A stretch of DNA of 64,000 bases from the NCBI GenBank assembly GCA_030635055.1, contig DAOVZN010000002.1, forward strand, positions 17,481 to 81,480, written 5' to 3'. Source of the DNA: a bacterium. GTDB taxonomy: Bacteria; Patescibacteriota; Minisyncoccia; Minisyncoccales; JAGLPU01. The translations under genes and the position numbers were made by a program. This document shows, in pieces, positions 47,597 to 57,647 of this stretch; the stretch's first letter is position 1, and every line of letters begins with the position of its first letter. The notes under the pieces are model-generated. The model made no database searches, was not told where the DNA came from, and saw nothing but the letters and a program-made list of their open reading frames with translations.

Positions 47597-48802
47597 TTAC
47601 ATTCCTCCAATCTGGTAAAGAGGAATATAAACAGAAACGACTAAAATGCCCACTCCTCCACCTAAAGCAACAATCAAAATCGGCTCAATAATACTTAACA
47701 GTCCGTCCATAAAAGCATCAATTTCACCTTTATAAAAATCCACAATTTTCATTAAAGTAGTATCCATTGTTCCGGTTTCTTCTCCAACTTTCATCATTTG
47801 AGCAAAAAGAGGCGAAACAAAATCTGGATATTCTTCTAAAACAGAACTCATGCTTTTGCCTTTTATTACATTTTCTTTAGTAGCTAAAATAATCTCTCCG
47901 TAAATAGAATTATCTATAACTTCCGCCGCAACATCCAAGGCTTTGGCGATCGGTATGCCGGCCACAACCAAAGTAGAAAGGTTCTCAGCAAAACGGGAAA
48001 GATAAACGCTTTTTAAGAAGTTTTTGACCAAAGGAACTTTCAGAAAAAAAGAGTCAATAGCTTCTCTACCCTCTGCTGTTTTCGCATATTTCACTATTGC
48101 TATCGAAGAAACAATAAAAGAAACTATTATCGCCCACCACCAAGCTATCATAAAATCAGAGATAGCCATCATTATCTGAGTTGTTGGCGGCAGATCCACT
48201 TCTGCCTCTACCAGCACACCTGCTAATTGAGGGAAAATATAGATCATCATTACAAAAAATATCGCCACAAAAACAAATAAGATAAAAGAAGGATAAATCA
48301 TAGCTGTTTTCAGCTTCATATTAAGCTGATATTCTCTTTCCAAGTGGTCAGCTACCCGGTTTAACACGCTTGAAAGCTTCCCCGTAACTTCTCCTGATTT
48401 GACCATGTTTACATAAAAATTAGAAAAGATCTTCGGATAAAGCGCAAAAGCCTTGGAAAGAGGAGTTCCACTTTCCACTTCTTCGGCAATCCTAATAATC
48501 TTTTCCTGAAATTCAGCTTTTGATATTGACTTGGCTAGAGTCCTCAACGCCTGAGCTGGAAGAATTTTAGATTCTATCATTATAGACAGCTGACGGGAAA
48601 ACATCACTATATCTTTTTGTGAAATTCCGCCAAAAATTCCAATATTTTTAAAAATTAAAGAAATATCCTCTTGTTCTTCCAAAAAAGTAATATAAAGTTT
48701 GTGCTCTTGTAAAACCTCAAGAGCCGCTTCCTCGGAAGAGGCTTCCACTGTTCCAGATTGCTCTTCGCCGTCTTTGTCTCTTGCTTGGTAGTTAAATTTC
48801 AT
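47597..48802 (-). CDS. pilC: Type IV pilus platform protein
   Basis: FSRQLSIM, GEVTGKL, AMIYP, VGEETG. Confidence 0.93.
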   Translation of the reverse strand: MKFNYQARDKDGEEQSGTVEASSEEAALEVLQEHKLYITFLEEQEDISLIFKNIGIFGGISQKDIVMFSRQLSIMIESKILPAQALRTLAKSISKAEFQEKIIRIAEEVESGTPLSKAFALYPKIFSNFYVNMVKSGEVTGKLSSVLNRVADHLEREYQLNMKLKTAMIYPSFILFVFVAIFFVMMIYIFPQLAGVLVEAEVDLPPTTQIMMAISDFMIAWWWAIIVSFIVSSIAIVKYAKTAEGREAIDSFFLKVPLVKNFLKSVYLSRFAENLSTLVVAGIPIAKALDVAAEVIDNSIYGEIILATKENVIKGKSMSSVLEEYPDFVSPLFAQMMKVGEETGTMDTTLMKIVDFYKGEIDAFMDGLLSIIEPILIVALGGGVGILVVSVYIPLYQIGGM

Positions 48803-48815
48803 ATTTTCTTGAGTT

Positions 48816-49883
48816 TTATCTGACTAATCTCCCTAACTCAGCTGGAGTTGCAGAACAACTGAGGGCTTTTTCCAAAGAAATTTCTTTAGCCCTGACAAGG
48901 TTAGCCAACGCTTTATTTAAAGAAATCATTCCTAATTCCGCTGATGTTTGGATTATTAAAGGTATTTCATAAACCTTATTCTCTCTGATTAAATTAGCCA
49001 CTGCCGGAGTACGAATCAATATTTCGCATACCGGAATCAGTCCTCCCTTGATTCTGGGAACCAGCCGCTGAGAGATAATGCCCAAAAGAGAACCGGCTAA
49101 TTGGGCTCTTATCTGCCCCTGCTGCTCAGAAGGAAAAGTGTCTACAATTCGGTGGATGGTCTGGGCGGCTGAATTAGTATGCAGAGTGGCAAAAACCAAG
49201 TGTCCTGTTTCCGCAGCAGTAATGGCAGTGCTGATAGTTTCCTGATCCCTCATCTCTCCTATCATGATGACATTCGGATCCTGGCGAAAAGTGGCTTTCA
49301 AGGCGCTGGAAAACGAAGGAGTATCCTGATAAACTTCTCTTTGGTCAATAATAGAGCGGTCATCTTCAAAAACATATTCAATCGGGTCTTCAATGGTGAT
49401 TATGCGCTCTGCCCGAGAACGATTTATTTCGTCAACCATAGCGGCCAAAGTAGTGGATTTTCCTTGTCCTGAAGGACCGGTGACTAAAATAAATCCTTGT
49501 CTATGGGTGGCAAATTCGTGCAAAGCAGACGGAAGATTTAATTCTTCAATAGTCGGCACCTTTGACGGTATCAACCGAAGGGCAACACTAATGTTTCCTT
49601 TTTGAAAATAAATATTTACTCTAAATCTAGCTTGATTATCAAAATAATAAGAAAAATCAAGCTCCTTATCTGCAAACAACTTTTGTTGCTGTGATTCATT
49701 CATCAGCGCAAAAGCAAGCCCTTTGGCCGTCTCAGAATCAAGTTTTTTTTCTTTAATTAATGGCACTAGCCGGCCGGCTATCCTTAAAACAGGACAATGC
49801 CCGACTGAAAGATGCAGGTCAGAGGCTTTCTCCTGCACAGTAAAACTAAGCAGCTCATCCATTTTTTTTCTATAATTATTCAT
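48816..49883 (-). CDS. pilT: Type IV pilus retraction ATPase
   Basis: ASDLHL, GPSGQGKSTT, TIEDPIE, AAETGHLVFATLHT, VANLIRE. Confidence 0.93.
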   Translation of the reverse strand: MNNYRKKMDELLSFTVQEKASDLHLSVGHCPVLRIAGRLVPLIKEKKLDSETAKGLAFALMNESQQQKLFADKELDFSYYFDNQARFRVNIYFQKGNISVALRLIPSKVPTIEELNLPSALHEFATHRQGFILVTGPSGQGKSTTLAAMVDEINRSRAERIITIEDPIEYVFEDDRSIIDQREVYQDTPSFSSALKATFRQDPNVIMIGEMRDQETISTAITAAETGHLVFATLHTNSAAQTIHRIVDTFPSEQQGQIRAQLAGSLLGIISQRLVPRIKGGLIPVCEILIRTPAVANLIRENKVYEIPLIIQTSAELGMISLNKALANLVRAKEISLEKALSCSATPAELGRLVR

Positions 49884-50250
49884 CTTTTTTTAATACTTTT
49901 TTAATTTCTTCAACAACCATGCTTGGTGTATAATGCGCTTTAATAAGATATTTAGTCGCTCCCAATTTTAATCCTTTTTCTACATCAGTCCTCTGCCCTA
50001 AATTGGAAAGAATAACCACTGGAATATTTTCAAATCTTTCTATCTCTTTAATTTTTTTTAAAATAGTCCAGCCGTCAAGATTAGGCAAAACAATGTCCAA
50101 AATGAAAAGCTCTATTTCTTCTTCCTCTAATTTTTCAAAAACTTCATCTCCGTTATTAGCGACTGAAACATTAAAACTAAGCTCCTTTAATTTGGTGCTG
50201 TAAATATCTATTAGAAAAGGGTCGTCTTCAATAAGTAAAATAGATTTCAT
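49876..50250 (-). CDS. Single-domain response regulator (CheY-like)
   Basis: IEDD, LDIVLP (phospho-Asp), LSN, YLIK. Confidence 0.9.
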   Translation of the reverse strand: MKSILLIEDDPFLIDIYSTKLKELSFNVSVANNGDEVFEKLEEEEIELFILDIVLPNLDGWTILKKIKEIERFENIPVVILSNLGQRTDVEKGLKLGATKYLIKAHYTPSMVVEEIKKVLKKDE

Positions 50251-50273
50251 AATCGTTAAGATATTATAAATTA

Positions 50274-51998
50274 TTATTCTGCCACTCTTAATATTTCTTC
50301 TATAGAAGTTAAGCCTGCTAGCACTTTAAGCATGCCATCCTGCCTCATAGTGGTCATTCCTTGGTTTTTTGCTTCCGCTAAAATCTTTGCTTCTGATAAA
50401 TCTTGGGAGATAAGAGCTTCCAGGCTGTCGGTCATCTCTAAAACTTCATAAATTCCCAACCTGCCAACTATCCCTTTGAAATTACATTTTTTGCATCCCT
50501 TTGCCTCATAGACATGGATGCTGTCTGGACCGACGGGCAAATCGGAAAGCTCCTTTTTGGCAACATGAGACAAAGATTTAATCTCTTTCCAAATTAAATC
50601 CGCGACTTCTTTTCCAGGCTTTATTTTCTTCTTGCAATTAGGGCATAGACTCCTTACTAACCTCTGAGCAATAACCACGCTTAGTGTGGGCGCAATCAAA
50701 AACTTTTTTACCTCCATGTCAACGAGTCTGGGGATAACTCCTATCGCGCTAGTGGTATGAAGTGTGGAAAGAACAAGATGACCGGTTAAGGCGGCATGAA
50801 TAGCCAGAGCAGCCGATTCTTCATCTCTAATCTCTCCTACCATAATAATATCAGGATCCTGCCTAACTAAAGATCTGAGTCCCTGGGAAAAAGTATAACC
50901 GATTTCAGGTTTTATTTGGGATTGGTTAACTCCGTTTATATAGTATTCTACCGGATCCTCTAAAGTAGCAATATTTACCCCTTCCTTGTTTAATTTGCGC
51001 AAAATCGTATACAAAGTAGTGCTCTTTCCGCAACCGGTCGGACCGGTGGCCAAAATCATACCACAGGGTTTTTTAACAACTTTTTCCAATACTCTGAGAT
51101 CTCTTCCTGTCAGCCCCAAGCTGGCAAAATCTTTAAGGCCCTCTTCCGGATTAAGCACCCTGATAGCTACTTTTTCCCCTAAGGTGGTAGGAAAAGTAGA
51201 AATTCTGAAATCAATAGTCTTGTCTCCTGCTCGAATTGAAAAACGGCCGTCTTGCGGAACTCTTGTTTCATCAATTCTCAGGTTGGAAATTATTTTAAGC
51301 CGCGCTATAACCGCCGGATGAATTCTTAGAGGTAAGAGAATACTGGAGTGTAAAATACCATCTAACCTGAATCTGACTCTTAATTTGTCTCTTGTAGGTT
51401 CAATATGAATATCAGAAGCTTTCCCTTCAACAGCATGTTTTAAAATTACCGCCACAACTTTAATGATAGGGGCATCTTCCACCAACCTTTCCAGCTCAAC
51501 AGCTTTAGCAGGACCAGGTTCCACTTTAAGTTCGTCTTCCAACTCCACTAAAGCTCTCTTCACTTCTCCCTTTAGGCTACGGTATTGCTTTAAAAGCTTA
51601 TTGAAATCACTTAAAGTAATTAAAGAAGTTTTATAGGAAAATTTATTCTGCCGAGCCAAAAATTTTAAGGCCTCTTTCGCTTTTATGTTTTCCGGATAGA
51701 CCATTCCCACTTCCAATATCTTATTTTCCATGGCCAAAGAAACTATCTTATAATACTTGGCCGATTCTTCAGGAATAAATTCCAGAATCTTCAAGGGAAT
51801 TTCTTTATAAGCAACTTCTTTCAAGGGAATTTTTAAACTTTCGCTTTTTAACCTAAATAGAAAATTTTCTGAAACAACTTTTCTTTCCAAAATTACCTGT
51901 TCTTCTGTCTTTCCGGAAGACTTAACTTCTGTTTCCAAAGAAACAGCTTGTTTGTTATCTATTATTTTCTTTTTAATTAATTGTTGAATTAAATTCAT
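50274..51998 (-). CDS. pilB: Type IV pilus assembly ATPase
   Basis: ASDIHIEP, PQDGR, GPTGCGKSTT, RQDPDIIMVGEIRD, CxxC pairs. Confidence 0.93.
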   Translation of the reverse strand: MNLIQQLIKKKIIDNKQAVSLETEVKSSGKTEEQVILERKVVSENFLFRLKSESLKIPLKEVAYKEIPLKILEFIPEESAKYYKIVSLAMENKILEVGMVYPENIKAKEALKFLARQNKFSYKTSLITLSDFNKLLKQYRSLKGEVKRALVELEDELKVEPGPAKAVELERLVEDAPIIKVVAVILKHAVEGKASDIHIEPTRDKLRVRFRLDGILHSSILLPLRIHPAVIARLKIISNLRIDETRVPQDGRFSIRAGDKTIDFRISTFPTTLGEKVAIRVLNPEEGLKDFASLGLTGRDLRVLEKVVKKPCGMILATGPTGCGKSTTLYTILRKLNKEGVNIATLEDPVEYYINGVNQSQIKPEIGYTFSQGLRSLVRQDPDIIMVGEIRDEESAALAIHAALTGHLVLSTLHTTSAIGVIPRLVDMEVKKFLIAPTLSVVIAQRLVRSLCPNCKKKIKPGKEVADLIWKEIKSLSHVAKKELSDLPVGPDSIHVYEAKGCKKCNFKGIVGRLGIYEVLEMTDSLEALISQDLSEAKILAEAKNQGMTTMRQDGMLKVLAGLTSIEEILRVAE

Positions 51999-52000
51999 GC

Positions 52001-52396
52001 TTAATAAGGCATAAATGGATTTCTTCGGCCAACTTCCATTTCTCCTAAAGTAATATCAGTAAGTCCGAGTTCTTCCAGCTGCCTGAGCACATCCTCTGGA
52101 GAAGTACCGATTATGGTGCCTGACGCAATCTCACCGGATTCTGTTATTCCGTTATAATCAAATTCTATGCCGATTAACTCAAAAGACTTAAGAATCTTAA
52201 GAATTGGAGAATTCAAAACATTAAAATTTATATTTATTCTTGAAGGCAAGTTTGCCTGTTGAAAAGAAATCTGTTCCACTTCCGGTTCGGAATAAAAATT
52301 CTTGTAGTTGACAATCACTATTAAAACAATCAGCGCTACTAATATTACAACTAATTTCTTTTGTTTTTTCTTTTCTTTTAAGACAGTAATAGCCAT
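52001..52396 (-). CDS. Pilus accessory protein at the PilP position, with a PilC-N-like insert
   Basis: N-terminal TM helix, C-terminal GRRNPF. Middle segment resembles the N-terminus of the local PilC. Confidence 0.65.
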   Translation of the reverse strand: MAITVLKEKKKQKKLVVILVALIVLIVIVNYKNFYSEPEVEQISFQQANLPSRININFNVLNSPILKILKSFELIGIEFDYNGITESGEIASGTIIGTSPEDVLRQLEELGLTDITLGEMEVGRRNPFMPY

Positions 52397-52400
52397 AATT

Positions 52401-53045
52401 TTAATAAGAATGAGTTTTTAAATTTAAATTAAATAAATATCCGTTCCTATCTATCGCAGAATATGAAAAGGAAATATCTCTTATTTCTATTAAACGGGCA
52501 GATTCTTCCAAGTCGGCCAGTAAAGCCTTGAATAATTCATAAGAACCAAAAACTGTAAGATTAATTTCTATTTCCTTAATGGTTTCTTCTGCTGAACTTT
52601 CTTCTCCTTGAGTGGAGGATTCTTCCGTTCCCATGAGAGACTCTTCTTCTTCCATGTAAAGCTCTTCTTCCACACCCATATCAATATTTTCTTCGTTAAA
52701 ACTATTATCATCCTTTTTAAAAGAAGTGACAAAATCAGTGCTTAAATTCTGTAAAAGCAAGCCCCTGCTTTTAACTGTCGCTTTGAGAAAATCCAGCAAG
52801 GTAGGAATAGAAGCCTCTGCGGGTAAGGCAGTATTAATCTTTACTAACTCTTCTTCGTAATCTTTTAGCTGTTCTACAGTAGCATTAACTTGAGAAAAAT
52901 GTTCTTCTATGTTCTGCAATTCTGTTTCTTTTGATTCAACTTCTGCTTTTTTTTGTTCGAAAATCTGATATTTAGGATATGCCAAAACAAAACCCACAAC
53001 AGCGGAAAGCAAAATAGCAATAATGGTAAAAATAAAACGATTCAT
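52401..53045 (-). CDS. pilO: PilO-like alignment protein
   Basis: TM helix, coiled coil, ALP, GSYELFKALLADLEESARLI; synteny with pilMN. Confidence 0.8.
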   Translation of the reverse strand: MNRFIFTIIAILLSAVVGFVLAYPKYQIFEQKKAEVESKETELQNIEEHFSQVNATVEQLKDYEEELVKINTALPAEASIPTLLDFLKATVKSRGLLLQNLSTDFVTSFKKDDNSFNEENIDMGVEEELYMEEEESLMGTEESSTQGEESSAEETIKEIEINLTVFGSYELFKALLADLEESARLIEIRDISFSYSAIDRNGYLFNLNLKTHSY

Positions 53046-53049
53046 AAAT

Positions 53050-53604
53050 TTATTCTGCAGTTTCAAAATTATAAGAAAAAACTTTTGGATAAAAAGAAAT
53101 ACTTAGATTAAAATCAATTCTCCCGTCTAAATTCATTTGAATATTTGATAGACTGACTCCCTCAACTAATTCGTGATTTTTTAAAACAATCATCTGTTGT
53201 CCCAAGGTTTGGAAATTATCAGTCTCTCCGGAAAGATCAACAGTAAAATCATTAATACTCAAATTGATATTAGAGAACCAAACCCGATTATGACACCATT
53301 CTTCAAAATTAGTAAAAAAACTGGAAATAAATCTATGGTTGGCAAGCAATTTTGAAAAATCCTTAATTTGTCCTTGTGTCTCTAAAACTTCTTTTTCTTT
53401 TATTTTTTCTTCTATGGTCCCTGCCTGCCTTATCTCCATTTTAATATCATCCAAGTTTTTAGAATAACTGGCAATGAAATGGTCAAAAACAAAATAACTG
53501 CCCACTGAAACCAAAAACAAAACTAAAGAAAGATAAAACAATATCGTTACCCATAAAGCTTTGTCTGTTGTTCTTTTGTTGTGAGGAGTTATTTGGATTG
53601 CCAT
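53050..53604 (-). CDS. pilN: PilN-like alignment protein
   Basis: TM helix, coiled coil, ferredoxin-like C-domain; located between pilM and pilO. Confidence 0.75.
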   Translation of the reverse strand: MAIQITPHNKRTTDKALWVTILFYLSLVLFLVSVGSYFVFDHFIASYSKNLDDIKMEIRQAGTIEEKIKEKEVLETQGQIKDFSKLLANHRFISSFFTNFEEWCHNRVWFSNINLSINDFTVDLSGETDNFQTLGQQMIVLKNHELVEGVSLSNIQMNLDGRIDFNLSISFYPKVFSYNFETAE

Positions 53605-53643
53605 ACTATAATAATATAATGAAAAAAATTAAGATGCAAGAAC

Positions 53644-54738
53644 CTATTTTAATCCCCTTAATGCCATACCTACTGCTACAGCATAAGAGGGTCCCATAAT
53701 CTCTAAAGATTCTTCAAGAATTGGAGGATAAAAAAGACTAGTAAAAGGATTCCCAATAATTACTTCTTTCCTCACTTCATTTTTTTCAAGATTAGAGTTA
53801 AGCCGCACTGAAAAATAGTTTTTTAAACCGGGCAGCCTAGATAAGCCGCCAGATAAAATAACTTTTTCTACTTTTTTTCCTTCTTTTTTAGAAATAAAAT
53901 TAAAAATCTTTTCTAGTTCAGCTAAAATTAAATCAACTAATGGATATAGAATTTCATCCACTTTTTTCCCAGAATCAGGTAATAAACCATGCTTCTGTTT
54001 TAATAACTCTGCCTCCTTAAAATCAACGCCTAAAGACTTAGCTACTTGTTGAGTGAAATCATTTCCAGAAATGTCAAAGCTATGGCTTAATTTTAAAACT
54101 CCTTTATCAACAATACTGACGGTAGTGCTGCGATAGCCAATATCCACCAAGCAGATTGTCTTTTTTTCAGTTCCGGCCAAAGATCTTACTAAGCCAAATA
54201 CCTCTGCTTCCAGAGCTACAAGCTCTAGACCGCAAAGAGCGGCAACGCTTTTGTACTGTCTGATAATCTCATTAGGAACAGCAACCAATAATATCTTAAG
54301 CTTGTTCTTCTTATCTGAAAAGTTACCTTCGGTTATCTGCCAGTCTAAAGTAACTTCTGACACGGGAAGAGGAATATAGCGACGAGCTTCAAATTCAATT
54401 GCTCTAGGAAGTTCTTCTTTACTGACTGGAGGAAGTTCAAAAGAAGTATAAAAAGTGGAAAAATCAGAGATAGATAAAACAGCCTTTTTAGTACTTATTT
54501 TTGCTTCTTCCATAATCGCCTTAATCCCCCGCGAGACATCTTTTTCAGATAATAATAAAGTATTTTTTTCAAAAGTTCTAAAAGACTCTTCATATACATT
54601 GGCTGAATTCAGCTCGCCATAATTTTCCAATTTTTTCTTTTTTCCCCAACGAGAAACTTCAACAATTTTGATTGAAGAAGTGCCAATATCTATTCCTAAA
54701 AATCTTTTAGAAAGACCTTTAAAAGGAGACCAAATCAT
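53644..54738 (-). CDS. pilM: Type IV pilus assembly protein PilM
   Basis: LGIDIGTSSIKIVE, EARRYIP, VDIG, LSGG, AVAVGMALR. Confidence 0.92.
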   Translation of the reverse strand: MIWSPFKGLSKRFLGIDIGTSSIKIVEVSRWGKKKKLENYGELNSANVYEESFRTFEKNTLLLSEKDVSRGIKAIMEEAKISTKKAVLSISDFSTFYTSFELPPVSKEELPRAIEFEARRYIPLPVSEVTLDWQITEGNFSDKKNKLKILLVAVPNEIIRQYKSVAALCGLELVALEAEVFGLVRSLAGTEKKTICLVDIGYRSTTVSIVDKGVLKLSHSFDISGNDFTQQVAKSLGVDFKEAELLKQKHGLLPDSGKKVDEILYPLVDLILAELEKIFNFISKKEGKKVEKVILSGGLSRLPGLKNYFSVRLNSNLEKNEVRKEVIIGNPFTSLFYPPILEESLEIMGPSYAVAVGMALRGLK

Positions 54739-54809
54739 AAAACTTAACCTGTTTTGTTATTTCTTTTTATTATACAATAAAAACTGAAAACAACAATTGG
54801 GAATAAACT

Positions 54810-55445
54810 ATGCTTAAACAAATAAAAGAATTTATACTAAATCTTCTTTTTCCCCGCTTTTGTCTGGTTTGCGGGCAAGAAGGAAGCCATCTCTGCCAAG
54901 ACTGCATATCTTGTTTGGAAATTTCAGAAAGCCAGTATTGTCTTTGCCAAAAGCCGCGTAAAGGTGATAAATGTTCTAAGTGTATTTCTAAAAAATTGGA
55001 CAGTCTCTACTACGCTGTTTCTTTGGAAAATAGGCTCTGCCAAAAACTAATTCACAAATTTAAACATCAGCCTTTTATTAAAGAATTGGCGAAGCCGTTA
55101 ACCTCCTTAATTATAGCCCATTTCTTTTTATTAGGCAAAAAACCTGACTTTTCTGATTTCATGCTAATCCCTGTTCCTCAAGAAGTCAAAGAAATAAAAA
55201 GAAGAGGATTTAACCCGGCGCAGGAAATAGCTGAAGAATTAAGGAAATTTCTAGAAATCCCATTGCTTTCCCAATCCTTGCGAAAAAATAAGAATATCTT
55301 CTTCTGTAACGAACCAATGGAAAATAAAAAGATATTATTAGTAAACGACACCTATGTTACCGGAAACACTATGGAAGAATGCGCTGATGCTCTGAAAAAA
55401 GCAGGCACTCAGCAAGTTATCGGTCTTGTAATAGCTAGAGGCTAA
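54810..55445 (+). CDS. comF: ComF family competence protein with a degenerate PRPP motif
   Basis: LLFPRFCLVC double Zn ribbon, RGFNPA, ILLVNDTYVTGNT. Confidence 0.85.
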   Translation: MLKQIKEFILNLLFPRFCLVCGQEGSHLCQDCISCLEISESQYCLCQKPRKGDKCSKCISKKLDSLYYAVSLENRLCQKLIHKFKHQPFIKELAKPLTSLIIAHFFLLGKKPDFSDFMLIPVPQEVKEIKRRGFNPAQEIAEELRKFLEIPLLSQSLRKNKNIFFCNEPMENKKILLVNDTYVTGNTMEECADALKKAGTQQVIGLVIARG

Positions 55446-56206
55446 GCTAAATGTTTTTTAAACCAATCAACCGCTAACTTATAAACTCTCTCTCTGTAGG
55501 GTTTCCATCCATGCTCCATCCCTTCAATAACTATTTTTTCTTTTGGTTCATCAGCACTTTGAAAATACGCACCTGCTTCAGAGATAGGAACTTTCTTATC
55601 TTGGGAGCCATGGATAAAAAGAACAGGGCAATGAATTTTCTTAATTGATTCTAATAAATCATAATTATCAAAATCCGGCCAAAACTGCGGCCCAATTTTT
55701 GTGATAGTCCCATCAGATCTTTTTACGCTTGATGTCCCATGCGGATTATAACCTGTCCCAAATAATTTTGTTAAAATCACTTTGGGATGAGATATTGAGC
55801 TTGTCATAACCAAAGATTTTACTTTCGGTTCTAAAGCAATTGTGACACTGGTCCCGAATGACTGCCCTAAAATACCTATTCTTGATTCATCAACTTTAGC
55901 TTGTGATTTAACAAAATCTAAAATATCTGATAAATCAGATCTCAATTTTGACAAAGATGTTTGAGAATAATCCCCTTCGCTTTCTCCGCAACCGGACAAA
56001 TCAAACCGGTAAACCAAAGAACTGGCTGTTGTAAGACATTGGGTAAGTTTATTAAAATTTCCTGCTTCTTCTTTGGTCACGCCAAAACCATGGACCAAAA
56101 GAATTGTGGGATATTTTTCTTTTTCAGTTGAAGGCAAAGTTTCCAAACCAACCAGCCTTTCCCCATATTTATTGATTATTGAAATTTTTGTTTCCTTAAT
56201 TTGCAT
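55442..56206 (-). CDS. Alpha/beta hydrolase
   Basis: VHGF, GQSFG nucleophile elbow, HGSQD, EH. Start placed at ATG 56206, overlapping the cysS stop. Confidence 0.85.
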   Translation of the reverse strand: MQIKETKISIINKYGERLVGLETLPSTEKEKYPTILLVHGFGVTKEEAGNFNKLTQCLTTASSLVYRFDLSGCGESEGDYSQTSLSKLRSDLSDILDFVKSQAKVDESRIGILGQSFGTSVTIALEPKVKSLVMTSSISHPKVILTKLFGTGYNPHGTSSVKRSDGTITKIGPQFWPDFDNYDLLESIKKIHCPVLFIHGSQDKKVPISEAGAYFQSADEPKEKIVIEGMEHGWKPYRERVYKLAVDWFKKHLA

Positions 56207-57638
56207 TCTCAACAACATTTATTAACCTCACTTTGTATCCACCTTGAACATCATTAACAATAATCCCTTTTTTCAATAATTCTTCCCTAAGCTTGTCAGC
56301 TGATTCATAATCTTTATTCTTCCTTGCCTCAACTCTTTTGGCTAATAATTCTTTTACTGCTGAATCATTAGTCAACTCCTTAAGCCTTTCTTGGTGTTGT
56401 CGATAGAACAATTTAATAAATCCTAAAACAGAATCAATTTCCAGAATGTAATCCTTGATTTTCTGCGCCTGTTTGGTGTTTAAAGATTTAATTACTTTGT
56501 TAATCTCATTAATAAAGTTAAAGATAGCTGCCAGAGCTTCGCTGATATTCAAGTCATCATCCATTCCTTTTTTAAATTCATTCCTGCTCTCTTCTATTAA
56601 GCTGCCTATCTGAACCTCATTTCCTTTTTCATTTTCCACAAAATCAAGATTAATCAAAAAGTCTAAAAACTTAGCCACTATTGTTTCTGCTTCGTTAAAA
56701 CCTTGAAAAGTAAAATTCAATTGCTGGCGGTAATGAGTTTTCAGTAAAATCAATCTAACTAATAGAGAATTATATCCTTTCTCCTGTATGTTTCTTAGAG
56801 TATAGAAATTGTGCAAAGACTTGGACATTTTCTGGCCATCTACAACTAGAAATCCGTTATGTAGCCAATAATTGACAAACTTCTTGCCAGTTGCTCCTTC
56901 TGATTGGGCAATCTCATTAGTATGGTGGGGAAAGATTAAATCAATGCCGCCAGTATGAATATCAAATGTTTCTCCTAGATATTTTGTTGACATTGCTGAA
57001 CATTCTATGTGCCATCCTGGATGGCCTTTGCCAATTTCCGTGTCCCAATAAATATCGCCGTGTTCCGGTTCCCAAGCTTTCCATAAAGCAAAATCATTAG
57101 CTTCTTCTTTCCCGTATTCGTCTTTTATATTCCTTCCTTCAGCATCTCTTTTAAAAGATTGTTTTTCCAGCCGAGCCAATTTCCCATAATTTTTAAATTT
57201 AGCAATACGAAAATAAGTAGACTTATTAATCTCATATGAATACCCGTTTTGTTCCAGCCTTTTTATCATATTCACTATCTCTTCTATGTGCTCCGTAGCT
57301 TTGGCTATCACATCAGGCTTGACCATGTTTAAAGATTCTAAATCCTGCAAAAAGGCTTGAAAATAAAATTCAGTGAATTCTTTTAAAGGTTTTCCTGCTT
57401 CCTGGCTGCCCTTGATTGTCTTGTCGTCAATATCAGTGATATTCATCACATGCTTTACCTCAAAGCCGGAATAGCGCAAATACCTTTTTAACAAATCAAC
57501 GAAAAGATAAGCCCTTAAGTTCCCTAAATGAACATAGTTATATACTGTCGGACCGCAACTATACATGCCAACTTTGCCGTCTTCCAGCGGTTTAAAGGGT
57601 TCTATTCTCCTGATTAAGGTATTATATAGTTGAAGCAT
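56196..57638 (-). CDS. cysS: Cysteine--tRNA ligase
   Basis: CGPTVY, HLGN, PGWHIECS, FPHHTNE, KMSKS. Confidence 0.97.
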   Translation of the reverse strand: MLQLYNTLIRRIEPFKPLEDGKVGMYSCGPTVYNYVHLGNLRAYLFVDLLKRYLRYSGFEVKHVMNITDIDDKTIKGSQEAGKPLKEFTEFYFQAFLQDLESLNMVKPDVIAKATEHIEEIVNMIKRLEQNGYSYEINKSTYFRIAKFKNYGKLARLEKQSFKRDAEGRNIKDEYGKEEANDFALWKAWEPEHGDIYWDTEIGKGHPGWHIECSAMSTKYLGETFDIHTGGIDLIFPHHTNEIAQSEGATGKKFVNYWLHNGFLVVDGQKMSKSLHNFYTLRNIQEKGYNSLLVRLILLKTHYRQQLNFTFQGFNEAETIVAKFLDFLINLDFVENEKGNEVQIGSLIEESRNEFKKGMDDDLNISEALAAIFNFINEINKVIKSLNTKQAQKIKDYILEIDSVLGFIKLFYRQHQERLKELTNDSAVKELLAKRVEARKNKDYESADKLREELLKKGIIVNDVQGGYKVRLINVVENAN

Positions 57639-57647
57639 AATTGAAGT

